A stretch of DNA of 43,091 nucleotides from a virus (taxonomy: Duplodnaviria; Caudoviricetes). The DNA lies in the IMG/VR virus record IMGVR_UViG_3300033475_000062, positions 1 to 43,091 of that record, one strand, 5' to 3'. The notes under the pieces are model-generated. The model saw only the letters and a list, made by a program, of their open reading frames with translations. It was not told the DNA's origin and did not search any database. The translations under genes and the position numbers were made by a program. Shown here piece after piece: positions 1 to 7,950 of the stretch (the first letter of the stretch is position 1; each line of letters begins with the position of its first letter).

Positions 1-51
1 TGGGCACGCCGGGGAACGCCTAAACCAAGCGGCCTTCCGTTTCAACCCCGC

Positions 52-126
52 TGGTGCTGTCACTGGGAATTGAACCCAGGACCTCTTCATTACCAATGAA
101 GTGCTCTACCCCTGAGCTATGACAGC
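52..126 (-). tRNA. tRNA-Thr(GGT), intact, CCA encoded
   Basis: Reverse complement reads GCTGTCATAGCTCAGGGGTAGAGCACTTCATTGGTAATGAAGAGGTCCTGGGTTCAATTCCCAGTGACAGCACCA. It has a GCTGTCA/TGACAGC acceptor stem, a CTTCA-TTGGTAA-TGAAG anticodon arm, a GGTTCAA T-loop and 3' ACCA. Confidence 0.97.
85..126. repeat. att core, left copy (42 bp, inside the intact tRNA)
   Basis: CTTCATTACCAATGAAGTGCTCTACCCCTGAGCTATGACAGC, identical to 43048-43089. Confidence 0.95.
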
Positions 127-148
127 AAAACCGCGGTTGATGGCCCGG

Positions 149-177
149 TTCCTAGCCTTTTAGGGGTAGGACCGCAA
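149..177 (-). promoter_or_regulatory. Putative sigma70 promoter, on phage DNA, driving the reconstituted tRNA
   Basis: Minus strand TTGCGG-17 nt-TAGGAA (context GCTAGGAA, alphaproteobacterial-type -10) ending 22 nt before the tRNA 5' end. Confidence 0.6.
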
Positions 178-225
178 GTGCCCGTCATCACGAATTTGCG
201 TACAAAACTGCAACTTCACATGCCT

Positions 226-246
226 ATCCGTGCACCATGCGTGCAG
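226..246. repeat. Putative integrase arm-type site, left
   Basis: ATCCGTGCACCATGCGTGCAG, a tandem of CGTGCA units, exactly repeated at 42969-42989. Confidence 0.7.
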
Positions 247-265
247 TCTGTTCTCGGGATGTTCC

Positions 266-295
266 GATGAACGGCGTTTGTGAACGCCGTTCATC
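266..295. terminator. Perfect 13-bp hairpin after the late operon
   Basis: GATGAACGGCGTT-TGTG-AACGCCGTTCATC. There is no clear U-tract, so the function is uncertain. Confidence 0.4.
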
Positions 296-396
296 ACCCT
301 TTCGTGAGCCAGCATACCCCCGTCCCATCCCGGGGACGTCACCGATTCGCCGCTGCCCATTCTTCAATGTCGCGCCGCTCGACTCGCGGCCTGATC

Positions 397-924
397 CTAT
401 GCCGCCACTCCATGCGGAACCATCGCCCCGGCCGCTGCCTGGCATCGTACCGTTCGCGCGATCCATCCCGGGCCAAATTCGCCATAGCCCGGAAGCCGCC
501 GGTAGTAAGCCTGGTGGCTGAGCGTCAGCGCCGCGATGACCCAGGACCTGTCGTGCGTCGCGAGCGCAGCCAGCGTAGCGGGGCCGATGACGCCGTCCTG
601 TTCCACTTTTATAAGCGCCTGCAGCTGCATCGCACTGGTGCGTGGCCCCGCGTTGAGCCCGAAATCGAATGCGACAAGGTCCACGCCGGCCGGCAGCGCA
701 TCACCACTCACCGCGACCCAATAACGCGGCTTGTAAATAGCCTCGGACTGAGCCGCGGTCAGGTTGCGCACATCGTCCACGGTCGCGGGCCGTCCGAGGA
801 CAGCCGACAGCTCAGCCATGGTGATGCCGTGATTCGTGGCTCCCCCAGGATCACCCTTGACGTCACAAAAACCACCCTCCTGACGCAGCGAAAAGCCGCA
901 ACAGGCATCGAAATTGCTGAGCAT
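397..924 (-). CDS. Endolysin, glycoside hydrolase family 108 with C-terminal peptidoglycan-binding domain
   Basis: EGGF..DPGGATNHGIT, FDFGLNAG, DGVIGPATL and FGPGW motifs. Confidence 0.92.
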   Translation of the reverse strand: MLSNFDACCGFSLRQEGGFCDVKGDPGGATNHGITMAELSAVLGRPATVDDVRNLTAAQSEAIYKPRYWVAVSGDALPAGVDLVAFDFGLNAGPRTSAMQLQALIKVEQDGVIGPATLAALATHDRSWVIAALTLSHQAYYRRLPGYGEFGPGWIARTVRCQAAAGAMVPHGVAA

Positions 925-1404
925 CTAACGATTCTCCACGGGCAGGATGAAGGATAGGCTGACCTGGTCGCCGTTGGCCGAGACGATGTCGGCCGTGACC
1001 TGGTATTTGGCGCCGATGGAGCCGCCGGAAATCACCGTTCCCACGGCAAGAGCGGCACCTTTCTTGCCTGCGATCACCGCCTGGGTGCCGATCGTCAGAT
1101 TGACCTGGCCTGGCTGCAGCGCGCCGATCGGCGTCGAGATCACCGAATCGATGGCGGCGATCGTATCCCCGGCCTTCAGCTGGTTTGAGAAATCATGTTC
1201 GTACTGACGCGAGGTGAAGGGTGCTTTGCCGGTAAGAAGCACCATCTCAGGAGTCTCATTGAATATGCTCATCGACGCATCCGATTGCTGGAGGAAAAGG
1301 GCAACGGTGACATCAGGTGCAAACACGGCCACCGTTTCGTCAGGTGGAAATTCCGCTGTCGTGATGTCAGGCAGAAACAGGGCGATGTTTTCCGGATCGC
1401 ACAC
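925..1404 (-). CDS. Phage virion protein, fibre/tail adaptor-like
   Basis: K.P....Y..DFS..L..GDTI ... ISGG..G.KY.VT pattern recalls small beta-sandwich phage adaptors. The start could be the internal ATG (MSIFNE). Confidence 0.5.
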   Translation of the reverse strand: MCDPENIALFLPDITTAEFPPDETVAVFAPDVTVALFLQQSDASMSIFNETPEMVLLTGKAPFTSRQYEHDFSNQLKAGDTIAAIDSVISTPIGALQPGQVNLTIGTQAVIAGKKGAALAVGTVISGGSIGAKYQVTADIVSANGDQVSLSFILPVENR

Positions 1405-1406
1405 GA

Positions 1407-1877
1407 TCAGGCGGCCTTCTTGGGCGCGGCCTTGGCTGTGTGACCTCCCGGGTCACAGGTGATCTCGACACCCGGCTTCACCGCACGCTGCGGCAGCCAG
1501 ATCGGAAACGAGATTTTATGCACGCCGGTGCCGATGCCACGATGAAATTTTTCTGACAGGACCAGAAGGTTCCTGATGTCGTCCGGGCTCGTGATTGGCG
1601 TCTCGGGATCGCGCGCAGTGAAGCCATAGGGATCAAAGGCATGCAGCGCATCGAGCACCCTTTCGGGATCGAGCGAGGGCCAAAGGCTCCACTCGAAAAT
1701 GTGGTGGACCTCGCGTTTTTCGCGTGAGCCCGATACCCAGCACGGGAGGTCCAGCTTGCGAATCAGCACCCGCTTGTTGCGCCGGAACTCCTCGGATTCC
1801 GTGCGCTGGACGTGCTCAGGGTAGAGTACGTCCTCATGCAGCGTCTCGCGCTGCTCATGCGCCGCCGTCATTTCCAA
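1407..1877 (-). CDS. HNH-like hypothetical protein
   Basis: PCWVSG..EVHH ... NLLVLSEKFHRG..GVH fits an HNH pattern, with two zinc cysteines replaced by Ser. Confidence 0.6.
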   Translation of the reverse strand: MEMTAAHEQRETLHEDVLYPEHVQRTESEEFRRNKRVLIRKLDLPCWVSGSREKREVHHIFEWSLWPSLDPERVLDALHAFDPYGFTARDPETPITSPDDIRNLLVLSEKFHRGIGTGVHKISFPIWLPQRAVKPGVEITCDPGGHTAKAAPKKAA

Positions 1878-2134
1878 GGCTTTCCATTGACGACATTGAA
1901 CCAGATCGTGGTGGCACCGAGGATGGCGGCTGCCACCCAGAACAGCGCGATTTTCACGCCGTTCGCGGTCTGGATGACCGAGTTAAGCTTGCTCACTTCG
2001 GCGTCGTGTTCGGTGAGCTTTGTCTCCTGATTCTTGCAGATCACCTGCAGACGACCGATCGCAACGAGCGCTTCGGCCAAGTCGCGGGGAATCATCTCGG
2101 GCGGCACGTCGACATGGGGGAGCCCTTTGGTCAT
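1868..2134 (-). CDS. Small membrane protein (coiled coil plus C-terminal TM), holin/antiholin-like
   Basis: Single hydrophobic helix IALFWVAAAILGATTIWF, located in the lysis region. Confidence 0.6.
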   Translation of the reverse strand: MTKGLPHVDVPPEMIPRDLAEALVAIGRLQVICKNQETKLTEHDAEVSKLNSVIQTANGVKIALFWVAAAILGATTIWFNVVNGKPWK

Positions 2135-2207
2135 CTCGTATTCCTGATTTGATAAGTGAGGGGAAAGTTAGGCCGCCGAGGCTGCGCATGACTTGAAGGG
2201 GCAGCTG

Positions 2208-2303
2208 TTATCCGCGCCACTGCCATTCGCGGCGCCAAGACCAGTCTGGCTGCATGACACTAACGGGATGCCAGCCCCACCAGCGGAGCCAGAGCTCGAT
2301 CAC
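2208..2303 (-). CDS. 31-aa Trp/Arg-rich peptide (not in the ORF track)
   Basis: The GTG overlaps the upstream TGA (GCGTGATC). It translates to MIELWLRWWGWHPVSVMQPDWSWRREWQWRG, with 8 Trp. Confidence 0.5.
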   Translation of the reverse strand: MIELWLRWWGWHPVSVMQPDWSWRREWQWRG

Positions 2304-3088
2304 GCGTAGGCGCCAGGGCTGAGGACGCCATGCATGCGCTGGATCATCTCATCGAGGCGGCCCAACGTCAGGCCGCTGGGGGCGGTGCCGTTCGGGCCAA
2401 TCCATTCGCGCCGCAGCAGGGCATAAGCTTCCGAGCCGTAGCGTTTCCACCATGGCCATTCGACGTATTGCCGCTCGCCCCATGTCACGACCCACATGCC
2501 GTTGGCATCATAGGCCACGGCCAGCACCGCGTGGCCGCCAGCCGGCGCGTCTGGCATATCGAGGACGAACCACGGCTCGCCGGCATCGAATTGCGTCTCC
2601 GCGCTCTCTGGCAGTTCGACGCCGAGCAGCACACAGCCGAACTCTTCGATCGACCGCTTGATGCCGTCGATGTCGCCGGGCTCGATATCGGCAAAGCCGT
2701 CCAACCGATCGAGCGCACCGTCGGTGTCGATCGCGATGCCTGTCAGCATCCAATACCGCAGCGCATCGAGCAGCACGGTGCCATTGTCGTTCGCCACCGG
2801 CGGCCCGGCCGTGAAGTCGGTCTCGGCCGAGTAATCGGCCAGCGCGCAGGCGGTGTCTGGCATGACCTCGGCGCCCGCATTGGCCGTCCAGAGTTGGACC
2901 GCGTGCAGCATCGCCGCCCAGGCGCAGTCGCCATAGACGTCATTGCCCAGCATCAGCCACGCGTGCACCGGCTTCGACCAATCAGCCGAGGCAGGCGGCG
3001 GCGGTAGCGGCGCGACGCCACGGACATGCAGCAGCGCAGGAACATCCACGCCCGCCGGGCGCGGCAGCTTCCCGAGCGGCCAGCGCAT
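2300..3088 (-). CDS. Papain-fold (C1-like) cysteine peptidase-like protein
   Basis: GNDVYGDCAWAA (catalytic Cys), GGHAVLAVAYD (His) and VVTWG motifs. Confidence 0.75.
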   Translation of the reverse strand: MRWPLGKLPRPAGVDVPALLHVRGVAPLPPPPASADWSKPVHAWLMLGNDVYGDCAWAAMLHAVQLWTANAGAEVMPDTACALADYSAETDFTAGPPVANDNGTVLLDALRYWMLTGIAIDTDGALDRLDGFADIEPGDIDGIKRSIEEFGCVLLGVELPESAETQFDAGEPWFVLDMPDAPAGGHAVLAVAYDANGMWVVTWGERQYVEWPWWKRYGSEAYALLRREWIGPNGTAPSGLTLGRLDEMIQRMHGVLSPGAYA

Positions 3089-3585
3089 CAGCCGGCCGCC
3101 AGCAGTGTGCGGGCGTTGCGCAGCGTGGCGCGTGCCGCAGCGAGCGCTTCCGGCGCCGGTGCGCTGACAGTGGCGCTCGACAGGCCGGCTGCCGCGCCAA
3201 GTACCGGCAGGACCAGCTGCAGCGCCGTTACCACCTGCGACACTTTCGCCGGTAAGGCGAAGCCAGCAAGCAGCTTCAGACCATCGCCAGCCAAGGTAAC
3301 GACCTTGCCCGCGGCAGACTCGCCGGCTATCGCCGTGGCGGCACTATTGATGCTCTGCGCGAATGTGCTGGCCTGCCCGATGTCGCTCTCGATCGTGGTC
3401 AGCGTGGCGGCCGGAATTCCAGTGAGCGTCGGCAGTACCGGTGTTAGCGCAACCAGCGCCGTTGCAACGTCGCTCAGTTCGGCCGCAGCCTCGGCGGAAA
3501 TTGTCGCGATCTCGGAAGCGGTGCAGCCAGTGAGCATGCAGGCGGCGGCAGTCGAGCCCAGCAAGGCCCGGCGGGTCATGTTCAT
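3088..3585 (-). CDS. Ala-rich lipoprotein with twin-arginine signal
   Basis: AAGGA RBS, then MNMTRRALLGSTAAACMLTG-C (TRRALL plus LTGC lipobox). Confidence 0.75.
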   Translation of the reverse strand: MNMTRRALLGSTAAACMLTGCTASEIATISAEAAAELSDVATALVALTPVLPTLTGIPAATLTTIESDIGQASTFAQSINSAATAIAGESAAGKVVTLAGDGLKLLAGFALPAKVSQVVTALQLVLPVLGAAAGLSSATVSAPAPEALAAARATLRNARTLLAAG

Positions 3586-3668
3586 GATGGATTCCTTTGG
3601 ATGAGGGGGATGGAGCAACCGGGATGGCGGCCAGGCGCATGCCGGGCCGCCTCGATGAGTGGCCGGGC

Positions 3669-4283
3669 TTAAGCGGCGGCCGGTGCGGGCGTTGCCGGGG
3701 ACGCGGCGGGCGGGGTTGGCTGAGCAGCCGGGATGGTGGCCGCAGGCACACCGATGCGCGCGAGCAGCATGGCCTCGATGTCGGCCGGCGTGACGCCGAG
3801 CGCGTCCTCGGCGGCCGGAGCGAGCTTCTGGACGAGGCTCACGGCGTTCGCCAGCGGTCCGGCCGCAATGGTCACGGTCGACGTGCTGGCGGCGAGCGCC
3901 TTCAGGCCGTTCATGAGAAATGCCTCGCCATGCACCAGCGCCTGGTCGAGGTCGTCCGCCGCCGCGCTGCCGCTCTGAATGCTCAGGCGACTCTCGATCG
4001 CGACCAAGGCACGGCGCCCATAGAAGGTGATGACCGCGATGGCAACGGAGAGCACCCAGCCCCAGAGCTGTGTGAGGTCCACGACCTGCGCCGGCGCGCC
4101 GGTGGCGGCCAGCGCCAGGCGCGGACTGAACAGGATGGCACCCAGCACGGCCCCGAACGCCAAGCTTGCGAGCCCGACCCGGCCGGGGCGGAAAATGGCG
4201 ACGGTGGAGACCAGCCGCCGGGTAGCCGGCGTGAACGTAAGAGCAAGCGCCAGCATGCCCAGGGTGAGCATCAGGAAAAACAT
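3669..4283 (-). CDS. Multi-TM membrane protein, probable holin
   Basis: Three hydrophobic segments followed by an amphipathic Ala-rich tail. It is the first gene of the lysis region. Confidence 0.6.
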   Translation of the reverse strand: MFFLMLTLGMLALALTFTPATRRLVSTVAIFRPGRVGLASLAFGAVLGAILFSPRLALAATGAPAQVVDLTQLWGWVLSVAIAVITFYGRRALVAIESRLSIQSGSAAADDLDQALVHGEAFLMNGLKALAASTSTVTIAAGPLANAVSLVQKLAPAAEDALGVTPADIEAMLLARIGVPAATIPAAQPTPPAASPATPAPAAA

Positions 4284-4406
4284 GTCGATTTCTTTCAAAA
4301 AAATAATACGCGGGACCGCCGCGCACGGATGGTTGTGCCTAAGGGCTCAGGAGCACGATTCAGGCGCCTGAGAGGCCTGGGGTTGCCCAAGGAGCAAGCG
4401 GTCTGT

Positions 4407-5576
4407 ATGGCATTGGCAATGAAAAGGAGCCTAAGGCCACTAACCTCGCTGCGCTTCCTCGCAGCCGTAATGATCGTCATTCACCATAGCCGGGCCTATT
4501 TTGGCTACGGAAACTGGCTCGGAACACGTTTTAGCCTCGATGCCGGCGTGGATTTTTTTTATGTCCTATCGGGCTTCATTCTCTACTATTCGTATCGGGA
4601 ATTCGAGACGCCCCGCGATGTGTACAATTTCTATGTCGCACGGTTAGCTCGAATTTGGCCGCTCCATTTCGCCACGTTTCTCATTGTCCTTGCGTTTCTT
4701 CCTGCACCATGGGGACCGCCAGGAAACGCCGCTCGCGAGGCCATAACCAATCTCCTCCTGTTGCAAGCGTGGTCACCGCAGTTCAACTATTTCTTCTCGT
4801 TTAACGCCGTATCGTGGAGCCTGTCTGTCGAGGCATTCTTCTATCTGCTGTTTCCGGTCCTGATATGCCGCTGGAGCAAAACGTGGATGTGGAAGCTTGC
4901 GCTTTGCGTGGCAGCCATCATAGCGATACTCGAGTATGCGAGATTCACGCCTGGCAAGTGGATGTTGGAAGGAATGCCCGTCGATCCCACGGCTTTTATC
5001 TTCCCGCCCGTTCGCTTGCTGGAATTTGCGCTCGGGATTGCCGGCTGCTCGATCTGGTTGCAGCATAGCGCGAAACTTGCTCGTCTGCCAGTTTGGAGCG
5101 CTACCATGCTCGAGCTGGCAGCATTCGTAATCGTCGGTCTCGTGCTGTATGGGATGACCCCATTCTTGTCCGTCCTTTTCGCGCACAAGCACATCGGCTA
5201 CGCCGCGTTCTGGTGGTTCGACGAATGCGGATATGCTCCAGCCATGGTTGTTCTGATCATCCTCATGGCGAGCGGGCGCGGTCTTCCATCGCGGTTCCTG
5301 TCTTTGCAGCTTCCCGTGCGACTTGGGGAGATCAGCTTCTCCATCTACATGTGCCATCAGATTTTTCTTCGCGTCTTCGCCGAAAATGACAGCCTCGCGG
5401 CGTTCGGCGGGAAAAAGGCTCAGTATGTGGCGTTCTGGGCCTTAACGCTATTGGTCTCATACCTTCTTTGGGAGTTTATCGAGAAACCCTGTCGCCAAAG
5501 GGCTGTTCGATTCTTCGCGATGAAGCAGACGGCTCCTAATGTTTCGGCGCTTCAGATCTCAAGCGCGGCCGATTAG
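4407..5576 (+). CDS. Acyltransferase family 3 (OafA/Oac-like surface polysaccharide O-acyltransferase), moron
   Basis: LTSLRFLAA..IVIHH, GVDFFYVLSGF, RLARIWP, SWSLSVEAFFY, LGEISFSIY and IEKP motifs, with about 10 TM helices. AAGGAG RBS at 4389-4394. Confidence 0.93.
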   Translation: MALAMKRSLRPLTSLRFLAAVMIVIHHSRAYFGYGNWLGTRFSLDAGVDFFYVLSGFILYYSYREFETPRDVYNFYVARLARIWPLHFATFLIVLAFLPAPWGPPGNAAREAITNLLLLQAWSPQFNYFFSFNAVSWSLSVEAFFYLLFPVLICRWSKTWMWKLALCVAAIIAILEYARFTPGKWMLEGMPVDPTAFIFPPVRLLEFALGIAGCSIWLQHSAKLARLPVWSATMLELAAFVIVGLVLYGMTPFLSVLFAHKHIGYAAFWWFDECGYAPAMVVLIILMASGRGLPSRFLSLQLPVRLGEISFSIYMCHQIFLRVFAENDSLAAFGGKKAQYVAFWALTLLVSYLLWEFIEKPCRQRAVRFFAMKQTAPNVSALQISSAAD

Positions 5577-5606
5577 CTCACCCGCGCTGTATGTCTTCGC
5601 CTCGAA

Positions 5607-6164
5607 TTAAGGCCACGAGATCGCCTGCACAGCGCCTACTGTCGTGGCTTCACTGACTTGGCTTAGCAAGCCGGCATAGGTTGTCTGCTGGGTCTGGATG
5701 TGCGTGTTCAAGTCCTTCTGAACCTGTTGTGCCTGGGCTGCCGTGTGCGCCGTAAACACCCACCCGCCGCTGCTCGGCTGACACCAGAGCGACCCACCAG
5801 AAACCGCCACAAGGGCGATGTTCATCTGGGTCTCCTGGTCGCTCGGATAGCCGTTCGACGTCCCAAGCGCGGAACTCGTGAAGCCCCCCTCGATCGCAGC
5901 CTTACATGCCGTCTGCATCAGGGCTGATTGCGTGGCCTGCATTTGCGCAAGCGTCGGCGCAGGCGAAGAAGAAGGTGCGGCGAACGACCACACGCCACCA
6001 GTTTCGGTGGCAACCCATCCCGGCTGAGGCGTGACGCCGGCCGGAACAGCGACGCAATTCGCGACATAATCGGCGTGATAGCACTGCGCCAGCGTGAATC
6101 CCGTCTGAATCGGCACAGGGTACACAACGACAACGCCATTGAGCACATATGCGTAATTTTCCAT
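5607..6164 (-). CDS. Tail fibre assembly protein (DUF4376-like)
   Basis: YAYVLNGVVV..., GW...F..P, YPSD...Q.N and C-terminal AISW, directly after the tail fibre. Confidence 0.75.
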   Translation of the reverse strand: MENYAYVLNGVVVVYPVPIQTGFTLAQCYHADYVANCVAVPAGVTPQPGWVATETGGVWSFAAPSSSPAPTLAQMQATQSALMQTACKAAIEGGFTSSALGTSNGYPSDQETQMNIALVAVSGGSLWCQPSSGGWVFTAHTAAQAQQVQKDLNTHIQTQQTTYAGLLSQVSEATTVGAVQAISWP

Positions 6165-6178
6165 TTTTGCGTTGCTCC

Positions 6179-7339
6179 TTACGCGAATGCATAAATCTGC
6201 ACGTAACCGTTTCCGCCACGGCCTCCGGTCAGCGCCGGACCTCCGGAGATTTGCGCGGTGCCACCGCCGCCGGCTCCGTTAGAAGACGCTGAGAAGCCAT
6301 TCTGTCCTGCGGATATCGCCGCACCGGCACCAGATCCCCCTCCGGAGGAAGATACGAGGTTACTACCGCCAAACGATAGCGACACACCGCCAGGTGCTCC
6401 TGCAATGTTCAGGAGATTAGCTCCACTTGCCAGCGTCCCATTGATCCCGCCGGTGGTAAAGCTCGCGGAGCTTGGGCCAGCGATCTGCGCTGCTGGACCA
6501 CCCGGCGCCGTAAGCAGGGCACCGAACGATGACGCCCCGCCAGGGCTGCCAGTCCCCCCAGCCACTGGCGTGCCGCCGGCGCCTACAGTAACTGCAACGC
6601 CGTTAAAACCTTCGGCATAGATCCCGCTCGCATAAGTGCCTTCCGTACCGCCCGATCCGATTGACGTGGCACCCGTGGAGCACGCCGGCGCACCACCCCC
6701 CGCGCTACCCCCGCCTTTGGCATTGACTATGACGAATTTCGTTCCAGGAGGGGCATTGTAAACGCCCGAAGCATTGAACGTTTCCACGCTAATGAGCCGC
6801 CCAGAGCCCGGCTGCCACCAATGCGAGATGCCATCGCCGATCAGGTCGGCCCCCAAGCCATTGCCAATCGATCCACCGGTCGACCCCGTAGGAAGGATGG
6901 TATCATTTTCTGCCAGCGCATAGGTGACCGTGTTTGCGCTCGTGTCGGTACGGATGATCTTGAAGGAGAGCGGAATTCCATTCGCACTAGCGGCGGCCGG
7001 CATCGTGATCGTGATGTTGCTGTCCGCCGCGTTCACCAGCACCAGGCCGGCATTATCGGCCGTGAGTGTGGCGCTGGCGGTGACCGTGGTGACATTTCCT
7101 CCGGCAAATCTTTTAACCGCCTGCAATACCTGGTTCAGAGCCTGCCGATTATTCGTAAGGCCGGCACCCCCCTGCAGGGCTAAAATTTCCTGGACAATCC
7201 CATTGTAATGGTACGCCGGGAACTGCGTCGGCACCGTCGACCCAGGCACTCCGTTTACCGCATATTGCGGTGTGCCCGTGGCGGGAGGTCCATCTGCCTC
7301 AGAAAGCGGAACGGTGTTTGGTGCAATGATCGCGTCCAT
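6179..7339 (-). CDS. Tail fibre protein, glycine-rich C-terminus
   Basis: N-terminal N.IVQEI..L....GL......NQVLQA anchor and Gly-rich repeats ending GGNGYVQIY. Confidence 0.85.
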   Translation of the reverse strand: MDAIIAPNTVPLSEADGPPATGTPQYAVNGVPGSTVPTQFPAYHYNGIVQEILALQGGAGLTNNRQALNQVLQAVKRFAGGNVTTVTASATLTADNAGLVLVNAADSNITITMPAAASANGIPLSFKIIRTDTSANTVTYALAENDTILPTGSTGGSIGNGLGADLIGDGISHWWQPGSGRLISVETFNASGVYNAPPGTKFVIVNAKGGGSAGGGAPACSTGATSIGSGGTEGTYASGIYAEGFNGVAVTVGAGGTPVAGGTGSPGGASSFGALLTAPGGPAAQIAGPSSASFTTGGINGTLASGANLLNIAGAPGGVSLSFGGSNLVSSSGGGSGAGAAISAGQNGFSASSNGAGGGGTAQISGGPALTGGRGGNGYVQIYAFA

Positions 7340-7341
7340 GG

Positions 7342-7950
7342 TTACCCCTGGGAGAAGGAGAAGAGAAGCTGGGTATGGGCCGGGCAAATGCGCTGCAGTT
7401 CACACTGCAGAGCCGTGTTGCCGAAGCTCGAGAAAGAATCGCCGAAATTGTTCTGGCCAAATTCGAAGAAATCGACCGTGAAAGTCGGTGCGTTGACCTG
7501 CCAGACGTAGGCCCAAGGCTGTCCGTACATCAGCGAACCGAAGGGCTGACCGAATGTGAACGGCCGAAATTGCGTAATGGTAATCGGATAGCCCAGCGTC
7601 GCCGCGACGCTGATCATATAGTCCGGGCTCTGGCCACCCCGAGCGGCGATACGCGACACCAGCTGCTGACGGCGCTGCGCGTAAGACGGACTCGCGCCCA
7701 GGCACGGATCCGGTAGACCAAAGCTCGCTTCCCAATCTGGCAGCAGCAGCGTCGTCTCACGTGGGTCGCTCTCGATCTCACTGAGCAAGGATGCCTGAGC
7801 ATGCACGTCGACCATGCGACCGGTGAGACCGGACAGCAGCGTCGTCAGCAACGCCTCAACATCTCGGGGCAGCGCATCACCTGGCGGCAGCAATCCTTGC
7901 CCACCACTCAGAAAATCGGCCGCGCCGAGACCGGCGATGGTGTTTGTCAC
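7342..7950 (-). CDS. Baseplate protein YmfQ/DUF2313 (Mu gp48-like)
   Basis: LLPPG.ALPR, LLPDWE..GLPD.C, GGQS..Y and C.L....PAHT motifs. Confidence 0.9.
   Translation of the reverse strand: MTNTIAGLGAADFLSGGQGLLPPGDALPRDVEALLTTLLSGLTGRMVDVHAQASLLSEIESDPRETTLLLPDWEASFGLPDPCLGASPSYAQRRQQLVSRIAARGGQSPDYMISVAATLGYPITITQFRPFTFGQPFGSLMYGQPWAYVWQVNAPTFTVDFFEFGQNNFGDSFSSFGNTALQCELQRICPAHTQLLFSFSQG

Noticed and set aside
3586-4326. N-terminal extension of the 412-aa minus-strand ORF
   Set aside because: It is an alternative frame of the 3669-4283 gene. The real start has an RBS and signal peptide at 3585.
3597-4406. N-terminal 270 aa of the 659-aa plus-strand ORF
   Set aside because: It is antisense to the holin-like gene and Arg-rich nonsense. 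The acyltransferase motifs and RBS begin at 4407.
6179-7339. Diversity-generating retroelement or invertible tail fibre segment
   Set aside because: I found no reverse transcriptase, template repeat, alternative fibre end or flanking inversion sites. The only serine recombinase is distant and degenerate.
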